In this document: positions 18,422 through 27,890 of the stretch, in pieces | How the letters are laid out: each line of letters begins with the position of its first letter | Numbering within the stretch: the stretch's first letter is position 1 | Virus record (IMG/VR): IMGVR_UViG_3300010371_000002 | Coordinates: 1-64,000 of that record | Strand: one strand, 5' to 3' | Length of the DNA stretch: 64,000 nt | From: a virus | Notes under the pieces: model-generated | Database searches by the model: none | The model's input: only the letters and a program-made list of their open reading frames with translations | What the model was told of the DNA's origin: nothing | Made by a program: the position numbers and the translations under genes

Positions 18422-20992
18422 TTACCTGCTTCTCTTGAGCTGCCGTGAGACGCCCCGGCTGCTGGAACCGGTCGGCGGCGTGATCGCCACCTGTATGGCC
18501 GACGTGTAGAGCGATGCCAGCAGCACATTCTCGTTGCTGCGAGGGTGCAGTCCGTCCGCGCTCTGGGTTGTCGCCGAGCCGTTCCCCGCCAGGCCCGGCT
18601 GAACCCCGATATTGATGAGGAATGCCTTACTGTCCGGGGTCGCCGTCTGGTAATTGTTAAACCCCGTCGTGACGGCGCTCGCCTTGCTGCCGTTCGGGCA
18701 GATGCACACGAGGATCTTCGCTGTCGAGCAGGCGGCGCGCTGCGCGGTCAGCCAGCCGGAGACGGCTGCGGTGACGGTCGCATCCGATGAACTCTTATCG
18801 TTCGTGCCGTGGAATGCGAGGATGTAATCCGGCGCGGGACTGTAAAGACCACCCGATGAGGGCACCCCACTGCTGTAGAGCCTGTATTGTCCTGCCCAGA
18901 ACTTGTTCCAGGATGTCTGGCTGTCATTGGAAGGAGTATAAACGGGGGGGACGTTATCCAAGCCCGTGACGCTATAGCCCAGCCCCGCGTAGACGACCGC
19001 GCCGTACTCCGTGCCGAGGTTGTTCATGATCCCCAGGACAGCGCTCTGCGAATGATCGGAGACGGTCGCCGTCCCCGTGGGACCACCCAGGCTCTTGCCC
19101 TCCCCATATGAATCCCAGAACAAAATACCGCGCTTGGTATTGAGCGTGGGGGCCGACGACGCGCCGTTGACATAGAACCCTGTGACGGACACGAAGTCCG
19201 TGGGCGTTGTCCATCGGTCGGCCCCGTTGCCGTTGTCCGAATTGTACAGAAGGTAGACGGTATGCGTCCCCTGCGTTAACCCCGTCGCGAGGGAGGTGGC
19301 GACCCCGCTCGTCGCGCTGGGAAGGTCCTGGTACGGCAGGTCGTCGATCGCATACCGGATTGCTCCGGCGGCCAGGTTGACGGCGGGCACGAGCTGAATG
19401 TCCGTGCCGGTCCAGCCGAGCTTGATGTAGCTTCCCACGCCGGTCGTTTTGATATACGTCGAACTTGCGCGCACGTTGTTCGACTGGAGGGACCCCGATC
19501 CGTCCGAAAACCAGCTGTAGGGACTGGCATACAGGTTCGTGTCGGTCACCCCGATCAGGAACATCGACCGGACCGTCGTGGTCGAGCCCGTGCTCGGGTC
19601 CGTGATCGTGAGCGTGCCGCCGGTCGTACCCGGGTTGATTGTCAGCGTGGCGCTGGTGGTCGAGTTCACGACCTGGGAGACGATGGAGTAGCCGGACGCG
19701 CCGCCGCTCCCCGCAATGGTGAACGTCGGCGTGCCTGGTGTCCCCGCCGTCCAGTTCGTCGCGGTGCCCGTCAGCGTCACGGTCTGGTTCCCGCTCCCTG
19801 CAATGAGCTGCACGGGAGACGCCGTGATCGCGGAGCCGAGAAGCTGCAGGACCGTGAAGGCCCCGGAGTTCGTGTCCTTGATAAGCGCCGCGTTGGGCAC
19901 GGTCCCCGGATTGACGGAGAGACTCGCCGCCGTTCCGCTGCTGACCGACTGGGAGACGAGGCTCGCGGTCGCGCTCCCCTCGTTGGTCAGTGTGAATGGG
20001 CTTCCCGAGAAAGCCGTCCCCGCGCCCGTAACGGCAATGCTGGCCGTGCCGCCCGAAAGCGAGAGGTTCGTCGGGGAGATCGTGAGGCCAGCGGTCCCGC
20101 TGTAGAACGTCTTGAACTCATCGAGAGAGTAAGGCGTGGACCCGTTATTGTTGTACGCCGTCATGCCGAACTGACCGCTGCCCTGCAGGGAGTTCGACAC
20201 GGCGTAGGAGTACGACGCCTTGGCGACGACGGTGGATGACGTCACATCCGTGACGATGATCTGCAGCGTCGTCGGGTTGATCCCGACTGCGGATGCCTCT
20301 ACGATGAACTGGTGCCCGGCGATCGGGGTGAACGAGTTCGTACCAACCAGGGGGGCGAGGGTGTTCAGGACGCCGCCGACGAAGGCGTAGAGGACGAACT
20401 GGATGCTTCCCGCGCCGGTCTCGAAGGCGTTGACGCCCGCGTAGAACGTGTCGTTGTTGTCCTGCCACCGCAGGCACGTGTAAATGGTCGGCGCATTGGA
20501 CCCGGACGGCGTATAGTAGATCTGGACTCGCCCGTCCTGGACCGCCTCGGCGCTCGGACGCAGGAGGTAGTTCGTCTTGTAGCTGTTCGATCCCGAAGGC
20601 GTGACGAGAAGCTGGTTCGATGAGATGCTGTAGACGCTTCCGTGCACGTCCGTCCAGGCGTTCTGCACCGCCGACGTGGAGTTCGCGCTGCCCGCCGTCG
20701 TGTTGGGCCTGTGGAAGTTGTCGTCAAGGATCTGGCGCCACGCTACCAGGATGATCGTCGCAGAGTTCGTCCCGTCCGAGATCGTCGCCGTCCCGAGGTT
20801 CCCACCCCCTGATACCGTGATCGACGCGACCGTGCTGCTGCTGACGGACTGCGCCGTAATCGATGCGCCGGAGACGCCCGAGATCGTGAACGTCGTCGTG
20901 CCGTTGACCCACGATGTGCCCGAACCGGTCAGCGCAATGACGGTGCTGACGTTGGTATCCACGACGACGGGCGATGTTGTGAAGGATGCCAT
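18422..20992 (-). CDS. Virion-associated SGNH/GDSL esterase with Ig-like and lectin-like N-terminal domains
   Basis: Blocks (W)DSYGEG, GLG, HGTND and DGLHP; three repeated xTGxGT...FTI...S..V.S.T.A.LT modules; GGAGG RBS. Confidence 0.8.
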   Translation of the reverse strand: MASFTTSPVVVDTNVSTVIALTGSGTSWVNGTTTFTISGVSGASITAQSVSSSTVASITVSGGGNLGTATISDGTNSATIILVAWRQILDDNFHRPNTTAGSANSTSAVQNAWTDVHGSVYSISSNQLLVTPSGSNSYKTNYLLRPSAEAVQDGRVQIYYTPSGSNAPTIYTCLRWQDNNDTFYAGVNAFETGAGSIQFVLYAFVGGVLNTLAPLVGTNSFTPIAGHQFIVEASAVGINPTTLQIIVTDVTSSTVVAKASYSYAVSNSLQGSGQFGMTAYNNNGSTPYSLDEFKTFYSGTAGLTISPTNLSLSGGTASIAVTGAGTAFSGSPFTLTNEGSATASLVSQSVSSGTAASLSVNPGTVPNAALIKDTNSGAFTVLQLLGSAITASPVQLIAGSGNQTVTLTGTATNWTAGTPGTPTFTIAGSGGASGYSIVSQVVNSTTSATLTINPGTTGGTLTITDPSTGSTTTVRSMFLIGVTDTNLYASPYSWFSDGSGSLQSNNVRASSTYIKTTGVGSYIKLGWTGTDIQLVPAVNLAAGAIRYAIDDLPYQDLPSATSGVATSLATGLTQGTHTVYLLYNSDNGNGADRWTTPTDFVSVTGFYVNGASSAPTLNTKRGILFWDSYGEGKSLGGPTGTATVSDHSQSAVLGIMNNLGTEYGAVVYAGLGYSVTGLDNVPPVYTPSNDSQTSWNKFWAGQYRLYSSGVPSSGGLYSPAPDYILAFHGTNDKSSSDATVTAAVSGWLTAQRAACSTAKILVCICPNGSKASAVTTGFNNYQTATPDSKAFLINIGVQPGLAGNGSATTQSADGLHPRSNENVLLASLYTSAIQVAITPPTGSSSRGVSRQLKRSR

Positions 20993-21108
20993 GGAGCCTC
21001 CAGGCATAGAAAAAGCCGCTGCCTCGGGTGGAGGAGCGGCCAAGCGGCGTTGAAAACAATGAAAGGCCCAGCCGAAGCCAGAGCCTTTCAAGTCAGATAT
21101 TATCTCAA

Positions 21109-21148
21109 CACAACGGCCACAGTCCTGCGCAGGACTGTGGCCGTTGTG
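21109..21148. repeat. Perfect 40-bp palindrome
   Basis: CACAACGGCCACAGTCCTGC|GCAGGACTGTGGCCGTTGTG. Confidence 0.9.
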
Positions 21149-21174
21149 AACATCTTGGGATTAGTCGGCAAGCG

Positions 21175-21660
21175 TCACATGGCGATGGTAAACTCACCCG
21201 TGAGGCCGTTATAATGGAGCGTGCAGCGCATCAGCAGGTCACGTCCAATCAGCATCGCCAACCCCTGTGATTGAAGATTGGCCCCAATGGCACGATGGAG
21301 TTCCATCTGTATCGGAAGCCCGATGATATTGAAGCTGATTGGATAGACGTTGCATTCGGTCCCCGCATGGGACGCCGAGGCCATTTTAGCCCTGTCGATT
21401 GCGGGAAGCCCGAGCTTCTGTGCAATCGCGTCATCGATGCACGTCATTGACGCTCCGGTGTCGATCAACGCCCAACCGGAGACGGGCGCAGGAACCGGGG
21501 TTCCGGCAGCCGTCAGGGATTGAGCGTAGACCTGAGCAATCCCGACCGACACCTGCGCAACGGGGCCGCGCTGCTGCATGAGAATCGGCGGGGGCAGGTT
21601 GACTGTTTGGCCGTTAGGCTGGACACCCTGGCCTTGGATCTGCGTATGGAATATCGGCAC
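21175..21660 (-). CDS. Retropepsin-like (clan AA) aspartyl protease
   Basis: ALIDTGAS and LIGRDLL motifs. Confidence 0.85.
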   Translation of the reverse strand: MPIFHTQIQGQGVQPNGQTVNLPPPILMQQRGPVAQVSVGIAQVYAQSLTAAGTPVPAPVSGWALIDTGASMTCIDDAIAQKLGLPAIDRAKMASASHAGTECNVYPISFNIIGLPIQMELHRAIGANLQSQGLAMLIGRDLLMRCTLHYNGLTGEFTIAM

Positions 21661-21907
21661 GTAGAATCCCCAGTGTCAGGGCCGGGATGCTGACCTCTTG
21701 CCGAACGGGTTCCACGCGACGGACGAGAAACGGTGTCAGCCCGAACTTCTGAGCTCCGACCGTCAGCGCCTCTTCGTCCGTATTGTAAACCCCGATCAGT
21801 TCACGCCCCTTGACCAACACGACGCGCCCAGCATACTTGGTCAGCCAGTCCGGGAGAGACTCCTCGTAATAACTGCGTTCCTCGCTTAGCACGGTGTTTT
21901 CCTCCAT
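21614..21907 (-). CDS. DUF5678-like small partner of the aspartyl protease
   Basis: WLTKYAGRVVLVKGRELIGVY...EAL..G..KFG..PFLVRRV; GGAGGTGA RBS. Confidence 0.65.
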   Translation of the reverse strand: MEENTVLSEERSYYEESLPDWLTKYAGRVVLVKGRELIGVYNTDEEALTVGAQKFGLTPFLVRRVEPVRQEVSIPALTLGILRADIPYADPRPGCPA

Positions 21908-22158
21908 GTTAGACTCACCTCCTCAGATTTGCCTATACCCTAGGATACGGCATTTCGCGTTGATTCGGCGCGAAAATCTTTCGGACGGTGGCGCGACATG
22001 GTTCTCGGTCGGCCGCTACGATTCCTTCGCCATTATCTAAATATCTCTCAAAAAGAATGTATCTCGTCCGTGAGGAGGTCTCATGTCAACAGGAGATCCC
22101 AAGATTCGGCGGCCGCAATCATTGCGTTAAGGCTGCCGTCCCCAGATAGGACTTTGCG

Positions 22159-22191
22159 GACGGGGTTTACAAGGGATTTGTAAACCCCGTC
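22159..22191. terminator. 14-bp hairpin at end of moron
   Basis: GACGGGGTTTACAA-gggat-TTGTAAACCCCGTC. Confidence 0.6.
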
Positions 22192-22388
22192 ATCTGCCGT
22201 CGCGACTTTTCGATATCCCGACGCACTGCCGCAGCATCGGCCATCAGCGCCAGCCGGTCGGCTTGCGGTCCATCGATCGCTTCGTTATATTCCGAGAGAG
22301 TGTCCCCGAAGTCGAAGATACGGGCAACACCTTCCAGGAACGATGGCCTCGCGAATAATAGGCTGGATATGGGAGGCCGGATTGTCAT
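22167..22388 (-). CDS. Conserved small hypothetical protein
   Basis: LFARPSFLEGVARIFDFG.TL.EYN...AD..AL..D; ATGA overlap. Confidence 0.65.
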   Translation of the reverse strand: MTIRPPISSLLFARPSFLEGVARIFDFGDTLSEYNEAIDGPQADRLALMADAAAVRRDIEKSRRQMTGFTNPL

Positions 22389-22702
22389 GGAACGACTGCC
22401 TTTCGCCACTCTGAGGCGTGCATCTCACCCGTTGCGGACCAATCCGATATCACGTCCTGGAGCCGTCTCAAATCCTGCGCCTCGGCCGCTTCCTCGAAAT
22501 CCCGGAACATTTCAGGCAGTTCAGATGCCGGGATCGCCTCGAAGGTCTGCAGGATGCCAATCACCGGATCAGGCACGACCATATCCAAAGGAGAGGTCTC
22601 AGGGGTCGGGCGGTTCTTGCGCGATGGGCGCACCAGAAACATCGCGACGGTCACTACACCGGATGCACCTGTCAGCAAGTACGATACCGTTAATGAGTCC
22701 AT
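22385..22702 (-). CDS. Hypothetical protein with N-terminal TM
   Basis: Hydrophobic N-terminus; operon coupling. Confidence 0.55.
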   Translation of the reverse strand: MDSLTVSYLLTGASGVVTVAMFLVRPSRKNRPTPETSPLDMVVPDPVIGILQTFEAIPASELPEMFRDFEEAAEAQDLRRLQDVISDWSATGEMHASEWRKAVVP

Positions 22703-22706
22703 GGAC

Positions 22707-23198
22707 CTATGGTTCCAACAGACGTTTCAGCGTCTCATCAACCCGCTCCGCAGTCAGGGGAGTTCCATCCAGCGCAACGGTATGGCCGCCCTGTTCCCTG
22801 GTTTCGGGCGACACCGGCATCGCGGACGCCTCGGCGAACCCTTGCGTGATTTTTTGGACAGCCTCATCAATGGTAAGCCCATCCATCCATATCATCGGCC
22901 TGTCGGGGACCAATGGAGGCCATCCGAATTGCTGCACGGCAGACATTGAGCCTTCCGGGACGAAACCATGGGGAGCCATGATCCAGAGCGTAAGGGATTC
23001 CGTCAGCGGTCCATTCTTGGGAGAGCGCATCTCGTAACTGCTGATGATGGCTCCATAGGGGAGTATCCCGAAGGCGCGACTACCACATGTGTTTATGGCT
23101 TCCATCCACTGTGATCGCGAGACGAGAGTGTCTACGATCTTGATGCAGCCGTTAGAGTCGGGAGTGATGGTGATCCGCATTCGGGACGTTGGTTCCAT
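22707..23198 (-). CDS. Hypothetical protein
   Basis: Tightly packed ORF, GAAGG RBS. Confidence 0.5.
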   Translation of the reverse strand: MEPTSRMRITITPDSNGCIKIVDTLVSRSQWMEAINTCGSRAFGILPYGAIISSYEMRSPKNGPLTESLTLWIMAPHGFVPEGSMSAVQQFGWPPLVPDRPMIWMDGLTIDEAVQKITQGFAEASAMPVSPETREQGGHTVALDGTPLTAERVDETLKRLLEP

Positions 23199-23201
23199 GG
23201 G

Positions 23202-23390
23202 TCAACCTTCCGTTTCGGGCTGTCTCGCCGGACAAACGGACATACCGTAGAGATTGCCGCAAAGGGAGAAGTCAGGCAGCAGCACCAGGGTTCCGTCCTT
23301 CAAGCCTTCCATGATACGGGTGGCTTCCTCTGTGGTGAGGGGTTGTGGTTTGGGCCGGTTGGGAGACAGCAAAGTATTTTCGGTATCCAT
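23202..23390 (-). CDS. Hypothetical protein
   Basis: Tightly packed small ORF. Confidence 0.45.
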   Translation of the reverse strand: MDTENTLLSPNRPKPQPLTTEEATRIMEGLKDGTLVLLPDFSLCGNLYGMSVCPARQPETEG

Positions 23391-23463
23391 GGTTCATTTT
23401 ACCGTGGATTGATTGTCCCCAGCGTGTCTGTGTGTTAGAATGGCAACGTGAACAGCCGTAGCG

Positions 23464-24633
23464 TTGATATGCGCGCAACCAATATTGATATTCAGTGTCC
23501 AATCTGCCAGAATGGATGGAATTATGGGAACCAACGCGGTTGTAGATAATCCAGTACACTTGGCAGCCTCAGCGGACACGAAATCAAGCGATGAGTGGGC
23601 CGTATTGGGCGGCATGCGGTTTGTGCTGGCGTGCATCGTCATGTGCTACCATATGGGCGTCTACGTGGGCCACTCCGATCCCGTCGCGATGTTTGGGAAG
23701 CTGGACGGATTCATCGCCGTCATTGCATTCTTCGCGATTAGCGGATACAGCATGGCTCATTCGCTGGAACGCGATCCGAACCCAGGGCGCTTCTACGAGC
23801 GGCGCTTCTGGCGCATCTACCCGCTTTACCTGTTCGCCCTCCTGCTGGCCTACGTGCCAGCCGGGATCTTTCTATTCCTTCACCCTGTGCCGGATGGAGG
23901 GTTCGGAGAGTTCCCGCAGCCCCGGGAGTTTGCGCTTTCGCTCGTGTTCCTTCAGGGGATCGCCATGGGGATGCTCCCCGGGAACGGCGTTTTGTGGTCC
24001 CTGAACGTCGAAGCGTGGCTCTATGTCGTCTCTCCGGCTCTCGCACGCCTCAAGGCATCGCACCTCGCCGTAATGGGGTCTCTGTCCGCAGCCGCCTTCG
24101 TTCTCTATAACCGATTCGGCCACACGCCGTACTCTCACGCCAGCCACGGAGTAGCGCTCATCGGGCTTTCGTGGGCATTTGTCGCCGGATTCGCGCTTTA
24201 CCGGTTCCGGGATAAGATGCGCAACACGGCGGCGGTAATCATCGTCGCCATTGCGCTCGCCTGCGACCTTCCCTCTCGGGAGCAATTTGGCTCGGTCTTG
24301 ATTGCCGCTGCCGCATACGTGCTCTGGAATGCCCGCAGTTTTCGCATGAGCTTGCGCGCCCGAAAGGTTCTTACGTGGCTCGGCGATGTCTCATTTCCGC
24401 TTTACGTCGTCCACATTCCTATCCTGGAAATGTGCGGAGGCTTCAACGTTCATTCCGGTGCCGTCATGGCCGCTTGCTGCCTTACCTTTGCGGTCATCAC
24501 ATATTACGTCATCGATAGCCCTGTCCGCGCCTACGTGAAACGAAGCCGAGGGCGGCGGAGAACCCCGGACCTTCAGGATATCAAGCTGACTTCTGGGACT
24601 GGGAAGGCATATTCCATACGACCATCTTCCTGA
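23464..24633 (+). CDS. Acyltransferase-3 (OafA/Oac-like) membrane O-acetyltransferase; start probably 23512-23524
   Basis: LGGMRFVLA..V..YH, AVIAFFAISGY, FYERRFWRIYP, WSLNVEAWLY, LGDVSFPLYVVH; about 10 TM helices; TTGATA-17-CAGAAT upstream. Confidence 0.9.
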   Translation: MICAQPILIFSVQSARMDGIMGTNAVVDNPVHLAASADTKSSDEWAVLGGMRFVLACIVMCYHMGVYVGHSDPVAMFGKLDGFIAVIAFFAISGYSMAHSLERDPNPGRFYERRFWRIYPLYLFALLLAYVPAGIFLFLHPVPDGGFGEFPQPREFALSLVFLQGIAMGMLPGNGVLWSLNVEAWLYVVSPALARLKASHLAVMGSLSAAAFVLYNRFGHTPYSHASHGVALIGLSWAFVAGFALYRFRDKMRNTAAVIIVAIALACDLPSREQFGSVLIAAAAYVLWNARSFRMSLRARKVLTWLGDVSFPLYVVHIPILEMCGGFNVHSGAVMAACCLTFAVITYYVIDSPVRAYVKRSRGRRRTPDLQDIKLTSGTGKAYSIRPSS

Positions 24634-25151
24634 AGAGTGCACTGACCGCCTGCCTGCCGAATAGCCTCCAGGTTGCCGACTCCGATCCTCCCGGTAGCAG
24701 CCCGGTCATGCTCCGCCTGCGTCATGAGCCGCTTGTGCCAGTATGCGGTCTCGGCGGCCTGCAGTTCGGCGTGCGAATACTGGCGGGGAAACGCCTGCCA
24801 GAGCCGGAACAGCGTCCAGAACTCTCGGAACGCACCAAGGAGACCGAGTTCCGCTTCTTCGAGATCGACCTGCTTGCGGGCGAGTGCGATCTGGTTTCGC
24901 GGACTATCCAGTTCGGTCATATCCTGTATATCAAGCAAGACTTCCTCATAGGCCAGCTTGGCGCGGCGGATGTTGAAGTACTTGATCTGGAGTTCAAGCA
25001 CGCACTGCATATACTGGCGCGGCCCCGTGTGGTGCTGCCCCAGAACGAAATGCTCAATCTGGTAATCACTGCGCGGCTGCTGGATTTGGGCGAATGCGCC
25101 TTTCATTCCCTCAACCGCACACTCTATCTTCTCAATCTCGTGAAAGTCCAT
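24573..25151 (-). CDS. Helical hypothetical protein, possible chaperone of the preceding propeller protein
   Basis: RSDYQIEHFVL..H.T..RQY.QC.LEL...YW.KRL..QA; starts 1 nt after the upstream stop. Confidence 0.7.
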   Translation of the reverse strand: MDFHEIEKIECAVEGMKGAFAQIQQPRSDYQIEHFVLGQHHTGPRQYMQCVLELQIKYFNIRRAKLAYEEVLLDIQDMTELDSPRNQIALARKQVDLEEAELGLLGAFREFWTLFRLWQAFPRQYSHAELQAAETAYWHKRLMTQAEHDRAATGRIGVGNLEAIRQAGGQCTLQEDGRMEYAFPVPEVSLIS

Positions 25152-25152
25152 A

Positions 25153-27873
25153 TCAGATCCCTGAATCGGAAAATGCCGCAGGGGAAAACACTGCGGTCGC
25201 CAGGTTAGCGGATGAAACAGCCGCGACGGTATCGGTCGAATGGGCGATCTTGTCGGCCGTCGCGTCAGCGCTCGTGCCGCCGCCGCCAGATGCGCCGCCA
25301 ATCATGTAGCTTTTCGTGGAACTATCAGTGAGTCCACCGCCGGTCGCCCGGGCCGTGCTCAGCACCCCAGAAAGCGCGCTGGTGGTATCTGTGCTGTAGA
25401 CGGTCTTGTCGATCGCGGTCACAGAGGTGGAACTGGTGAAATTCCCCATCAGGTATCCCTTCGTGCTCCCATCCCCGGAATTCCCTGTGCCCCAGTTTGC
25501 GGATGCCGTCGCGTTTGATGAGGATGTTGCGGAGGTGGTCGAGGTGGAGAACACCACCTTGTCGCCAATCGCGTAATAGGTTGGCGTCGAAATCTTCGAC
25601 GCGCCGCCGATTATGTATCCCCAGGTGCTCGCGTTCAGGTAGCCGCCATCAAGCCGCGCTGTCGAGAGGTTGAGGGAGGAAGCGGCTGCTGATGGCGTCC
25701 CGGAGCTGAGCGCAATCGTGAACCCTGTCGCAACGGCATTCGCGGATGATCCCGACGTGATGCCGCCCAGTAGGTAACCGGTCGTACTGCGGTCGGAGAG
25801 ACCTCCTCCTGTGAAATATCCCTGTGCGGTCGGCAGTGAGTTGACGGATGTTGAGGTCGTATCGGTCGCGCCGAACGTCTGGTACATCGTGCTCACGGGA
25901 GCGGTGCCTGAATAAGAGGTCGTGCCGCCCGCAAGATATCCGTTCGTGCCACCATCGCCAACCGCGCCCAAGGACCTGGTTGCGGACCCAAGGTTCGCGG
26001 AGGTCACGGCACTGGTGGTGTCCGTGCTGAAAACGGTCTTGTTTCCCAGCGCCTCCGCGATGCCGCCGGTCGCGATACCGCCAAGAACATACCCCTTGAT
26101 GCCGATCGGTGAACTCGATTGGTAGTAATAGTATCCCTGGGTGGTGGCGGTTCCAGCGCCCGTGGTAACCGTAATCGGGCCGCTGGTTCCTGGCGTCTCC
26201 GTCGGGACAGTCGCCGTGATCTGCGTGTCGCTGACGACCGTGAAAGACGAAGCAGCGGTTCCGTTGATGACCACCGATGTCGCACCCGTGAAACCATAAC
26301 CGTTCAGCGTCACCGTTGTGCCCGACAATCCATAGATCGGGGTAAATGAGGCCGTGACGATTTGTGGAATGCTCGTTGACGCACTTGCGATCTGGAGCGC
26401 ATCGATCTTCGAGCGCGCCAGCTTCACCACGCCGCGCGCTGCGGTCGTATTCGCCGCCTGGATGACCAACTGGCTTGTTGAGGCAACATTCACGGAAAAT
26501 GTCAGTTCGAGTTCACCCTCCCCGGTTCCGACCATCTGGACATATTGAAGGGAGGTCAGGAACGCAACGGATGCCGTCTGGTTATAGACCTGGGCCTCAA
26601 TCTGGTCTCCTGCAGTCGCACCGGACACCGCGAGTGTTACGATGATGAGATATTTTCCGGTAGCGAGGTTCAACCCCAATGGACTGCAGCCTGCAGGCTG
26701 GATCGTCGTCAAGCTGCCGGTCAGGGCATAGTCGGGAGCATTCGAATTCCCCGTCACCTCCGCGTTCGCCGTAACGCCTCCGCCCCCACCGGGCGCACTG
26801 AGGACACCCCCACTGATCGTGATTGTCGAGCCATCCGGCTTAACCGCGCCGAAAGCCGACGTCGTGGCGACCGGCAGATCCCCAGAGACGATGCCAGCCA
26901 CCTGCACCGATGCGCCGGTCGATGCCTGCTTCAGGAATTGCCCCGGGCCACCCGTCGCACTGAGGTCTGCCGCAGTCCCGCCTTGCGCAAGGGAGATCTG
27001 CCCCGTCGTGATCTTCGAGGCGGCAAGCGAAGGGATGTCGGCGGTAGTCAGAGCGCGAAAAGTAGGAGCCGCCGCCGAACCACTCGCCGGACCGCACAGA
27101 AACGTATTCGCACTCTGTGCAGAGATGGTCAGATTGTATGTTTCATTGCCACCGGAACTGCCGATCGACCAGGCGAAGAATCCATTGTCCGGCAATTTTA
27201 CTGCCAGTGTTCCGGGGGTCGTATCCGATCCATCCACGAGCAGCGTGTAGGGGAACGGTGCCGCGATCTGCATCCATTTGGTCGGATCGGTTCCCGGAGT
27301 AACGCCCGTAGAGGATGCGACCGCGAGATACGATCCTCCCCCGTACGACACGAGATCATTGACCACATAACTCGTACCGCTTGCCCAGGCTCCGAGCCCA
27401 GTCACACTCGCTCCAGCCGCCCCCGCGATGGTGGTCAGAAGCACCCAGGTTCCTGACTGGTATTGCCAGAATTGACCGTTTGTCGCGCCGCCCCCGACGT
27501 CAATGTAATAGGTTCCATTCGCCGGGGTGCTGGTCGGCGCTCCGCTGCCATTGAGAAGCGTGACACCACCCGATCCATTGAATTGAATCCATGTCGAGAG
27601 CGTCGGGTCGTAGTATTTGAGGACCGACGGGGAGGTGGTCGTATCGCCCCAGTAGTAGGCCGTGTTGGTCGGTGCGGAGGTGCCGAAGATCGTAGGCCCC
27701 GGAAAGACCTGGGCATTCGTGGGGCGGCTGTCGGCGGTCCAAAGCAGAACCGGGGTATCTCCCGCCAGCGCGGGCACGGTTGCGCCACCTCCTCCACCCC
27801 CGCCGCCAATCGCCGGGACCATGATCCCGGAATTGAGGTCAGGACCGCCGATTACTCCACTGCTGTTCGCCAT
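25153..27873 (-). CDS. Tail fibre/receptor-binding protein: CBM5/12-like module, IPT/TIG domain, Kelch-like beta-propeller
   Basis: WASGTSY..NDLVSYGG.SY; FTP.YG..GT.VTLNGYGFTGAT.V..NGT; six GY..GG...K.VFSTDT...LS.AR repeats. Confidence 0.75.
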   Translation of the reverse strand: MANSSGVIGGPDLNSGIMVPAIGGGGGGGGATVPALAGDTPVLLWTADSRPTNAQVFPGPTIFGTSAPTNTAYYWGDTTTSPSVLKYYDPTLSTWIQFNGSGGVTLLNGSGAPTSTPANGTYYIDVGGGATNGQFWQYQSGTWVLLTTIAGAAGASVTGLGAWASGTSYVVNDLVSYGGGSYLAVASSTGVTPGTDPTKWMQIAAPFPYTLLVDGSDTTPGTLAVKLPDNGFFAWSIGSSGGNETYNLTISAQSANTFLCGPASGSAAAPTFRALTTADIPSLAASKITTGQISLAQGGTAADLSATGGPGQFLKQASTGASVQVAGIVSGDLPVATTSAFGAVKPDGSTITISGGVLSAPGGGGGVTANAEVTGNSNAPDYALTGSLTTIQPAGCSPLGLNLATGKYLIIVTLAVSGATAGDQIEAQVYNQTASVAFLTSLQYVQMVGTGEGELELTFSVNVASTSQLVIQAANTTAARGVVKLARSKIDALQIASASTSIPQIVTASFTPIYGLSGTTVTLNGYGFTGATSVVINGTAASSFTVVSDTQITATVPTETPGTSGPITVTTGAGTATTQGYYYYQSSSPIGIKGYVLGGIATGGIAEALGNKTVFSTDTTSAVTSANLGSATRSLGAVGDGGTNGYLAGGTTSYSGTAPVSTMYQTFGATDTTSTSVNSLPTAQGYFTGGGLSDRSTTGYLLGGITSGSSANAVATGFTIALSSGTPSAAASSLNLSTARLDGGYLNASTWGYIIGGASKISTPTYYAIGDKVVFSTSTTSATSSSNATASANWGTGNSGDGSTKGYLMGNFTSSTSVTAIDKTVYSTDTTSALSGVLSTARATGGGLTDSSTKSYMIGGASGGGGTSADATADKIAHSTDTVAAVSSANLATAVFSPAAFSDSGI

Positions 27874-27890
27874 CGAGTCCTCTTAATCAG

